In this document: positions 1 to 11,800 of the stretch, in pieces
How the letters are laid out: each line of letters starts with the position of its first letter
Position numbering within the stretch: position 1 is the stretch's first letter
Program-made: the position numbers and the translations under genes
The notes under the pieces: model-generated
The model's database searches: none
The model's input: only the letters and a program-made list of their open reading frames with translations
Told to the model about the DNA's origin: nothing
NCBI RefSeq assembly: GCF_000497125.1
Contig: NC_090598.1
Span: forward strand, 1 to 64,000
Direction of reading: 5' to 3'
Length of the DNA: 64,000 bases
From: Spironucleus salmonicida
Taxonomy: Eukaryota

Positions 1-68
1 TATTACTATATTACTATATTACTATATTACTATATTACTATATTACTATATTTATTACTATATTATAA
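1..68. repeat. (TATTACTA)n 8-bp minisatellite, truncated by the window start
   Basis: Six perfect TATTACTA units at 1-48, then degenerate copies. Confidence 0.85.
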
Positions 69-186
69 TAATTTATTCATTTATATATATAAATGAATAA
101 ATAGTTAACTATGAACTAAGTATCATCAAGGCAACTACCATTACCTAGCCATGTTAATTGGAAATTACTAAATTATAAAGCTTCAC

Positions 187-3100
187 TCAAAAAAAATATA
201 TTTTTACCAAAACTTTATTCTTCTTGTTATCTTTTATTTTGGTACTAAGTATAATTACTTTCGATTCCACAAATAACTTTAGCAACTATTTACTGTCTAA
301 CTTGTTTGGGCTTAAAAATTAACGTTACCTAAAATGTTCACGCTAGCCATAAGTAATCTATTCACATTCGTATTAAAATCCAAAGTAAACAACTTTATCG
401 ACGGTAACTTTCTGAAGCAGCTTCGAAATTTAATCAAAGTATATACAGAACTTTTATTAAAATATCTACTACCTCGTATTCTCTTACTAATTGCAAAATT
501 GTGTTAATAAGCTAAAATATTTCCACTCATCCTCGCGAAAACTCTAAAAACTAGGTGAGTTAAGTCGGAAAATAGAAATCAAATGGATATTGCTATTTTT
601 TAAGAATAAGGTACCATTTTCATATTAATAAATTATACTACCAAAAGTTTACAGTTATTCAAGTAAATCATTATAAGTTATCGTAAATTAAAAATTTTTG
701 GCTTAATACTAGCACTTAATATTAACGTCTGCTTTGAATGATAAACTTATGTCAGTATACATGACAAGATTACGTACATCTGCGGAAAAATTCTATTAGT
801 TATTTAAGGCTTACACAGCTGCTAGGTTTGCATCCATCAAAATTTATGCACTCAATACTTCTTCTTTCTACTGTATCGTGTCAGGATTGTTTTCTACATA
901 TAAATACTGATAATCATTTTCACCTTATGCAAATACGAGACGAAGCTACAATTTCTCTAAAAATTTGTATATATCAACACTGGCAGTGAAAAATACACTA
1001 ATAATTTCGTCATTGCATATGTTAAAGCCTAGCATATGATATAACTGGCTTAATTGATAGATAATTCTTTATTTATCTTATATGAATAAAACTGACAGCC
1101 GAATCTATTTATCATTCGTTTATGCTTTCATTGTAGTACTACCCAATTCAAATTAAGTTGTGCCTTATGGTTAGAATTAAATATCAAAATTAATGCATTT
1201 CTAAAATTATTCCATTGTATCTAATTTATCTTTAGCAGTCTAGTCTAACTCTTGTTTTATTTAAATAAAATTAGATCCATAATCCTAAAACACATTGAAT
1301 GGAATATTGATTTTTAAAAATTCAATAAAACTTTCGGTATAGCAACCTTAGCGGCAACTTATTTTATAAAATGAGTGTTTTACAATCTTTTATATTTCTG
1401 ATTGTAAAATTTCAGCATGTTTGACATTTTTGTCTTTTTCCGTTTATTACTGCACCTTTACTAAATCTTCAGCTTTTTACAAATTATATTACCAATTTTA
1501 AGATTTATAGTTAACGTCTAATATCAGGTGTGCTCCTTTCTTATCAAGTCCAACCTGCAATACATTATTAAGCGTGAACGCTTTAACCTTTTCGGCCAAC
1601 ACTTCGGGGATATGGTGACCGCACTCTATCGGAAGCACTTGGCAGCCATCTATTGTCTCCAAACCGAGGTCAGGGTACCCGTGGAACGTGACGATGAAGT
1701 CAAATATTTTGTGTCTTGCTTTGTCCAAACTATCCGTAAAGCACATCTTCTTGTCGAAAGGGATCACGATAATTAGCATATGGCCTGTTTATTTTTCTTT
1801 TAATTCTTCCTATGCTTTGCACTGATTCTCCTGCGATATAGTTTTTATCGGGTATACCTGCATTAACAACATCTTAATACGATCCCATATTCTACTCCAT
1901 CTAGACTTCTGTGGCGGTGGATTCTCTTTTTTAGTGGTACTTTCAGTATAGGTTGTGCTGCCAACATCAGCCTGAGCTCCACCATCCTACTCCACAATGG
2001 CTTCTTTGGCGGAGGGTTCTTCCTTTTTGGTGGTACTTTCTGGTTAGACTGGTAGCCTCTAACGCAGCAACTGAAAAGTTTCTTTCGCAGCTGCTACCGA
2101 ATCATCCAGTACCTATTCATATATAGAAATAGTTGGGTCTTTATTAAAATTTTAGAACGCATAGTCAAAGGTGGGGTTTAGGAACATAAAATTATGCGGC
2201 ACGGGTGTTCTTTCCAGCAAATTAAAAACATCCTCGCTTTTCGCTGCAGTAATACTTCCACCATGCAAGTATTAGACGTAGATATTTCCATTGTCCACTT
2301 AGCTCATAATCAGGGAAATATTATTAATTAGGGTTGCCGACTGCCAGGTAAGCTTCGCCATGAACAGAATAACATGCATAAATTCAAGCAACACGCTTCT
2401 CTTGAAAAATTTAGACAGTTATTATAGCGTAGCTTAAGCCGCTGCTTCATCTATCTCTGAGGTTGAATATTACTCTATGAATGTAAGCATGAGCTGATAG
2501 TTCAAAACGGAGACCACCTCGTAGTTCAGAGTCGACGATGCAATGCAGCTGATATTATAATTCTGATTATCCTGTAGTAATTCAAAATGAGCATCTCCTT
2601 TTGTGAGCTAAAATTTAGAGTCCTTCTTGGTACCTTTGTGTATGATAATATTATTACAGGTTTATGTGAGGCTATCAAACTGATACATAGTATGTTCTGT
2701 TCTTTCATCTTTACCATCTAGACAAAAACTGACTACATGCCTGCTGGTTGCATTGAAATTTAATATTTTTTAGTTATACTGAAACCATATAGACGGGCAT
2801 ACCGATGAGCACATGAACTGCATCTCAACCGACTTCTCCGTCATCATCGAGTACAGTAGCGATACCAAAATTGGTGTTTCTTCAGCAAACGTCTTGACTG
2901 TGTCTGCTATAGCAACTACAGAATCATTATAACTTTTGTCATCCACTACCATCCGACGCTACTCGTACTGCAAGCTAGACAGCAATGACGCGTGAGGCTG
3001 AACATATCCTAATATTTAAGTATTAATATATTTTTCACCTACTCTGCTTGTTAAAATATTGTAGCAAAATTAATTAACTGTAAGGAAATTGATGACGGTG

Positions 3101-5517
3101 AGGTCTGTGCCAACCATTATAACAGTAATAAAGTCAAAATTAGGTATCTTGTATTTAGGCGTGTATATTACCGTCATCTGTGGTAGGGTCTTAATCATAT
3201 CTTAAAGCTCTTCATGGAGAGCCTAATTCTCTTTCAACATAAAATATTCAGATATTAAAGATTAGACTGAAGAAGACCAAAACTATGTTAGCATACCCTA
3301 CCAACTTTTAGAAGGAGCAACTCTACCAGTAGTTTTTTCTTCTTTTTTATCATTAGGTAAATTGCCATTAGGTTAGCTCGGTTAAATGTATTTAAATGCA
3401 ATAACTGAAAATGCTTTCCAAAACGCTGTTTCTACCCCTCTGGGGTTGAACAACGATAGTATCAATTTGTAGAAATTCGTTTCAAAATCCTAATAGTATT
3501 GTCCTCGATTCCTGTAAGACACCATTCCCGAAAAGAATATTTTCCTAAAATCTGTTTTGTTCCTAATATTCAGTATCTACGGTGAGTGAACGACTAACTC
3601 GTCAAGAAGGTCGTCAGCAGCAATCTCAAGGCGAAGGTACTCCATCGCTATGAGAATGTATTCTGATTTTCCTAGTATGTTATTAAGAGATTTAAAATAT
3701 TCCACTATAATTCCTTAGTTGGCGTGTATAGTATTGAATATCTAATCTGCATTTTGTGATTAAACACTGGTTATAATGTTTTCAAGAGTTTAGTACAAGT
3801 ATATATCTTTATTTTACACTAGATCGGACATATTAATTTTGTCCAGTTCAGTTTTTGCTGATTCCAGAAGCTCTTTAATCAGAAGCTGTGAAATGACATT
3901 GATAGCTAAATGATATTTTTTGTTTTTGACATCTCCTAATTTGTCTATCTCTTAAAATTCTTGAATAGAAAGTCTGTCCTAAATCTTCTTATATTACTCC
4001 TTACCTAACTTTATCAGCTTCTCTTCATAATGTGTGAACAAAAACTGACACAACTTCACGCATTTCGAAAATTTATCCTTCTATGACTGCAAGCACTCAT
4101 CTACCAAAATGATAGGGTGTTTCAAATCTAAATCCATTTTCATTTCTGCTAAAACCAATTCTTATTCAATTTCAATTTTATTCGTTTTATCATCTAAAAT
4201 GAAAAACTAGGTAAGTTTTAATTTACTAAATTGTTAATATATCGAATTATTGTATTTTAACTCTGTAATTAATGATATGCTAGAAGCTATTTTATCAATA
4301 AAAATCCTCATCTTGTAGTAAATATATGATATTTCGTCTAAGCTTTCCAACTGAAAGGTATGGAAGTTACAAACATCAGCTAGCACTGTCTCCTTGAGGT
4401 TCGTTAAATTCTGCAACTCAAATGTATTTTTATATTGATCATCTAGCTACTGATGAAATGAGTGTGTTCTGTATTTATATAGAGGCTATATTTTAACAGT
4501 ATCCATATTAAACAATATTGGAACATTCCCCATCAGGAGGTGGAAAAAATACTGCGTGTATAGAGCTACGCTTTTCCCAGATTTGGAACTCTGGCTTATG
4601 ACAGCATTCGTAAGAGTGTCGTTAAGATCATTTTTAACCAACGAGAATAATGCAAAATACTCCGCCTTGAAGAGGTAGGACACGTGGCAGAGCTGCTGGA
4701 ACATGAACAAACTGATCCCAGTCCCGATGAAATGGATGGGTAGTTGGAACAGATTCATAACTTTAAATTTATCTGGTAATACTTGTTCGTTATAAACAAT
4801 ATTGGACAATTCAAATATTTTTCTTAAAATAGAATGCTTAAGATCCTATGCTGATGCAACTTCAGCTTTCTAAAAAATTTGAACAAATCTGTCAGTATAT
4901 AACTGATATGCAGAAAATCCAAAAACTAATGGCAATATTAACGGGTACTCTTCTGTAGTCTAATATTAGATTGCAGCTAACTAGGTCAGTATTAAATTTT
5001 CATGAAAAGCACACTTGTTTATACCTTCTGGTTTTAGAATCGTCAATGTGTCGAAGCTATCATAAAATGAAATATACTGTAAATCGTACTAATTGATCTC
5101 TGCTAGATAAAGATCTAAATCTGGTGTTAAATTTTCCCCTTCATGGTCTTTATATACCTTAATTGATTTAGTCTTCAGTCCCATTTGGGCAGCTACAATT
5201 CCAATGTTATTCCAGAAGTAAAGATCCTCATACGCAAAAAATTTATGTTTTTATACTAGCTATATAGTACAGTTTGGTATAATTTTTTTTAACTTTTTGT
5301 ACAGTAGTACTATTTATACAGCGCAAAGTTGATCCACAGTACTAATATTGGCGCGTAGAATATATTTCTATTCACTATCAAGCTAGATAGATTAACTAAT
5401 TTCATTATCTCTTATCGTAAACTTAATCTATAAAATAGTGTTACTAACTATTACATTTTAATCATCATCAACTGAAAATGGAATAGCTTCAAACTCGATA
5501 GATAAATCTGCAGTCAT
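187..5517 (-). CDS. Large hypothetical protein, 1776 aa (code 6)
   Basis: ATG at 5517 (MTADLSIEFEAIPF...) follows a pyrimidine-rich leader. I found no in-frame TGA until 189-187 (TGAGTGA). This frame joins track ORFs 4486-4809, 4234-4416, 2770-2952 and 1498-1779. No domain recognised. Confidence 0.85.
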
Positions 5518-5862
5518 TTAAGAAGGAAATAGGAAAGATGTAAAATATAATATATCAATATTATACATTAATGTAATATTATACTATGAATAAAAAACTC
5601 TACTTGCATTTATAATACATAATTTAATACATATTATAATTAATGAATGTTAAGCGTTTTACGAACTAAAAAGTATAAAATGAACTCGTGTAACTTTTCC
5701 ATCTGCCTTTAAGCACTAGTATGGAATTAATAATATACAATACTACTTAATTATTACGCATTATTAGTAAGTGTAGGAATTTCCTAAAAATACATTAGCT
5801 CATCCGCTATGCATGATCCCACGCATCCCTATCGTTACTAGATGCAATAAGTAGCATCTTCT

Positions 5863-8800
5863 GCTGACCTAGCTGCCCTCTAGTAAAACTCATCCTACGA
5901 GGCATCGTTACCATCTAACATTAATCCATCCCTATGCTTCTGTCTTAATAAACATACCGAGTGAGACTGCAGACTATCATTTTTGATAGATTATGCATCA
6001 TGCGGGTATTAAAGATAGAATACATGCAGTCTTCGGCATAGCCTGTGCTTGCATTACTAGTGAGAATAGCCTTCCTAGTGCTACTTTGTACCTGGGCTCA
6101 TAAGTGAATATATATTAGTAAGCATAGTAGTATATTATATAAATACAATAGTATATACTAAATATCCTTATAGGCACCACTCCCAATGCATACATACTAC
6201 TAAACTCCATTTAAGTTATTACTATATATACTATAGTATTGCATTGTCATCAATCACTATCCCAGTACCACTCACGCCTGCCTTGGTGCTGTCTATGGAA
6301 CTACTTGGGGTACCAGTACTAGTGGTACCCAGTTCAGTAGCAGCCAGCTATGCCAAATATGAAGGTTAAGCCATTATACACTATGCCAACAGCATCGACT
6401 CAGGCTCGTAGCACCAAAATGTGGAAGGCCTAAGCTAGCATAAGGTCAGTCCTGTTCTTAATAAATTACGGTATTGCTACCTCGCTGGGTCCTGAACACC
6501 AGCTAGCGCTATCTCGTCACCCTGATAGCCACACTCTCGCTGACCTCGCTTTGGCAAAACTCATCCTGCGAGTCGTCGTTACCATTTAAAACTCATCCAT
6601 CCCTATGCTTCTGTCTTAAGCAGCATACCGGGTGAGACTGCAGAGTATCATGTTTGATAGATTATGCATCATGCGGGTATTAAAGATAAAATACAAGCAG
6701 TCTTCGGCATAGCCTGTGCTTGTACTCTACAGGTAAGAATACCCTTCCTAGTGTACTGTGCACCTGGGCTCATAAGTGAATATATATTAGTAAGCATAGT
6801 AGTATATTCTATAAATACAATAGTATATACTAAATATCCTTACAAGCACCACTCCCAATGCATCTATACTACTAAACTCCATTTAAGCTATTACTATATA
6901 TACTATAGTATTGCATACTCATCAAGCACTATGCCAGTACCACTCACGCCTGCCTTAGCACTATCTATGGAAATACTTGGGGTAGCAGTACTAGTGGTGC
7001 CCACTTCAGTAGCAGATAGTTATTAAAGATAGAATATACAAACAGTCTTCGGCATAGCCTGTGCTTGTACTCTACAGGTAAGAATACCCTTCCTAGTGCT
7101 ACTTTGTACCTGGGCTCATAAGTGAATATGTATTAGTAAGCATAGTAGTATATTATATAAGTACAATAGTATATACTAAATATCCTTATAGGCACCACTC
7201 CCAATGCATATATACTACTAAACTCCAATTAAGATATTACTATATATACTATAGTATTGCATACTCATCAAGCACTATGCCAGTACCACTCACGCCTGCC
7301 TTAGCACTATCTATGGAAATACTTGGGGTACCAGTACTAGTGGTACCCAGTTCAGTAGCAGCCAGCTATGCCAAATATGAAGGTTAAGCCATTATACACT
7401 ATGCCAACAGCATCGACTCAGGCTCGTAGCACCAAAATGTGGAAGGCCTAAGCTAGCATAAGGTCAGTCCTGTTCTTAATAAATTATGATATTGCTACCT
7501 CGCTGGGTCCTGACCACCAGCTAGCGCTATCTCGTCACCCTGATAGCCACACTCTCGCTGACCTCGCTTTGGCAAAACTCATCCTGCGAGTCGTCGTTAC
7601 CATTTAAAACTCATCCATCCCTATGCTTCTGTCTTAAGCAGCATACCGGGTGAGACTGCAGAGTATCATGTTTGATAGATTATGCATCATGCGGGTATTA
7701 AAGATAAAATACAAGCAGTCTTCGGCATAGCCTGTGCTTGTACTCTACAGGTAAGAATACCCTTCCTAGTGTACTGTGCACCTGGGCTCATAAGTGAATA
7801 TGTATTAGTAAGCATAGTAGTATATTATATAAGTACAATAGTATATACTAAATATCCTTATAGGCACCACTCCCAATGCATATATACTACTAAACTCCAA
7901 TTAAGATATTACTATATATACTATAGTATTGCATTGTCATCAATCACTATGCCAGTACCACTCACGCCTGCCTTGGTGCTGTCTATGGAACTACTTGGGG
8001 TACCAGTACTAGTGGTACCCACTTCAGTAGCAGGCAGGTACTACACATAGAATATACAAGCAGTCTTCGGCATAGCCTGTGCTTGTACTCTACAGGTAAG
8101 AATACCCTTCCTAGTGTACTGTGCACCTGGGCTCATAAGTGAATATATATTAGTAAGCATAGTAGTATATTATATAAGTACAATAGTAATATACTAAATA
8201 TCCTTACAAGCACCACTCCCAATGCATATATACTACTAAACTCCAATTAAGATATTCCTATATATACTATAGTATTGTATACTCATCAAGCACTATCCCA
8301 GTACCACTCACGCCTGCCTTGGTGCTATCTATGGAACTACTTGGGGTCCAGTACTAGTGGTGCCCACTTCAGTAGCAGATAGTTATTAAAGATAGAATAT
8401 ACAAACAGTCTTCGGCATAGCCTGTGCTTGTACTCTACAGGTAAGAATACCCTTCCTAGTGTACTGTGCACCTGGGCTCATAAGTGAATATATATTAGTA
8501 AGCATAGTAGTATATTATATAAATACAATAGTATATACTAAATATCCTTACAAGCACCACTCCCAATGCATATATACTACTAAACTCCAATTAAGATATT
8601 ACTATATATACTATAGTATTGCATTGTCATCAAGCACTATCCCAGTACCACTCACGCCTGCCTTGGTGCTGTCTATGGAACTACTTGGGGTAGCAGTACT
8701 AGTGGTACCCACTTCAGTAGCAGGCAGGTACTACACATAGAATATACAAGCAGTCTTCGGCATAGCCTGTGCTTGTACTCTACAGGTAAGAATACCCTTC

Positions 8801-11800
8801 CTAGTGTACTGTGCACCTGGGCTCATAAGTGAATATATATTAGTAAGCATAGTAGTATATTATATAAATACAATAGTATATACTAAATATCCTTATAGGC
8901 ACCACTCCCAATGCATACATACTACTAAACTCCAATTAAGATATTACTATATATACTATAGTATTGCATTGTCATCAAGCACTACGGCAGTACCACTCAC
9001 GCCTGCCTTGGTGCTATCTATGGAACTACTTGGGGTCCAGTACTAGTGGTGCCCACTTCAGTAGCAGATAGTTATTAAAGATAGAATACAAACAGTCTTC
9101 GGCATAGCCTGTGCTTGTACTCTACAGGTAAGAATACCCTTCCTAGTGTACTGTGCACCTGGGCTCATAAGTGAATATATATTAGTAAGCATAGTAGTAT
9201 ATTATATAAATACAATAGTATATACTAAATATCCTTATAGGCACCACTCCCAATGCATACATACTACTAAACTCCATTTAAGTTATTACTATATATACTA
9301 TAGTATTGCATACTCATCAAGCACTACGCCAGTACCACTCATGCCTGCCTTGGTGCTATCTATGGAACTACTTGGGGTACCAGTACTGGTGGTACCCAGT
9401 TCAGTAGCAGCCAGCTATGCCAAATATGAAGGTTAAGCCATTATACACTATGCCAACAGCATCGACTCAGGCTCGTAGCACCAAAATGTGGAAGGCCTAA
9501 GCTAGCATAAGGTCAGTCCTGTTCTTAATAAATTATGATATTGCTACCTCGCTGGGTCCTGACCACCAGCTAGCGCTATCTCGTCACCCTGATAGCCACA
9601 CTCTCGCTGACCTCGCTTTGGCAAAACTCATCCTGCGAGTCGTCGTTACCATTTAAAACTCATCTATCCCTAGGCTTCTGTCTTAAGCAGCATACCGGGT
9701 GAGACTGCAGAGTATCATGTTTGATAGATTATGCATCATGCGGGTATTAAAGATAAAATACAAGCAGTCTTCGGCATAGCCTGTGCTTGCATTACTAGTG
9801 AGAATACCCTTCCTAGTGTACTGTGCACCTGGGCTCATAAGTGAATATATATTAGTAAGCATAGTAGTATATTCTATAAATACAATAGTATATACTAAAT
9901 ATCCTTACAAGCACCACTCCCAATGCATATATACTACTAAACTCCATTTAAGCTATTACTATATATACTATAGTATTGCATACTCATCAAGCACTATCCC
10001 AGTACCACTCACGCCTGCCTTGGTGCTATCTATGGAACTACTTGGGGTCCAGTACTAGTGGTGCCCACTTCAGTAGCAGATAGTTATTAAAGATAAAATA
10101 CAAGCAGTCTTCGGCATAGCCTGTGCTTGCATTACTAGTGAGAATAGCCTTCTTAGTGTACTTTGCACCTGGGCTCATAAGTGAATATATATTAGTAAGC
10201 ATAGTAGTATATTCTATAAATACAATAGTATATACTAAATATCCTTACAAGCACCACTCCCAATGCATATATACTACTAAACTCCATTTAAGCTATTACT
10301 ATATATACTATAGTATTGCATAATCATCAAGCACTATCCCAGTACCACTCCTGCCTACCTTAGCACTATCTATGGAAATACTTGGGGTACCAGTACTAGT
10401 GGTACCCAGTTCAGTAGCAGCCAGCTATGCCAAATATGAAGGTTAAGCCATTATACACTATGCCAACAGCATCGACTCAGGCTCGTAGCACCAAAATGTG
10501 GAAGGCCTAAGCTAGCATAAGGTCAGTCCTGTTCTTAATAAATTATGATATTGCTACCTCGCTGGGTCCTGACCACCAGCTAGCGCTATCTCGTCACCCT
10601 GATAGCCACACTCTCGCTGACCTCGCTTTGGCAAAACTCATCCTGCGAGTCGTCGTTACCATTTAAAACTCATCCATCCCTATGCTTCTGTCTTAAGCAG
10701 CATACCGGGTGAGACTGCAGAGTATCATGTTTGATAGATTATGCATCATGCGGGTATTAAAGATAAAATACAAGCAGTCTTCGGCATAGCCTGTGCTTGT
10801 ACTCTACAGGTAAGAATACCCTTCCTAGTGTACTGTGCACCTGGGCTCATAAGTGAATATGTATTAGTAAGCATAGTAGTATATTATATAAATACAATAG
10901 TATATACTAAATATCCTTACAAGCACCACTCCCAATGCATATATACTACTAAACTCCATTTAAGATATTACTATATATACTATAGTATTGTATACTCATC
11001 AAGCACTATCCCAGTACCACTCACGCCTGCCTTGGTGCTGTCTATGGAACTACTTGGGGTAGCAGTACTAGTGGTACCCACTTCAGTAGCAGGCAGGTAC
11101 TACACATAGAATATACAAACAGTCTTCGGCATAGCCTGTGCTTGTACTCTACAGGTAAGAATACCCTTCCTAGGCTACTGTGCACCTGGGCTCATAAGTG
11201 AATATATATTATTAAGGGTAGTAGTATATTCTATAAATACAATAGTATATACTAAATATCCTTATAGGCACCACTCCCAATGCATACATACTACTAAACT
11301 CCATTTAAGTTATTACTATATATACTATAGTATTGCATTGTCATCAATCACTATGCCAGTACCACTCACGCCTGCCTTGGTGCTGTCTATGGAACTACTT
11401 GGGGTCCAGTACTAGTGGTGCCCACTTCAGTAGCAGATAGTTATTAAAGATAGAATATACAAACAGTCTTCGGCATAGCCTGTGCTTGCATTACTAGTGA
11501 GAATAGCCTTCCTAGTGTACTGTGCACCTGGGCTCATAAGTGAATATATATTAGTAAGCATAGTAGTATATTATATAAATACAATAGTATATACTAAATA
11601 TCCTTATAGGCACCCACTCCCAATGCATATATACTACTAAACTCCAATTAAGATATTCCTATATATACTATAGTATTGCATTGTCATCAATCACTATCCC
11701 AGTACCACTCACGCCTGCCTTGGTGCTGTCTATGGAACTACTTGGGGTAGCAGTACTAGTGGTGCCCACTTCAGTAGCAGATAGTTATTAAAGATAGAAT

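Noticed and set aside
1-68. Telomeric repeat
   Set aside because: TATTACTA has no G/C-run strand typical of telomeres and degenerates into ordinary intergenic DNA.
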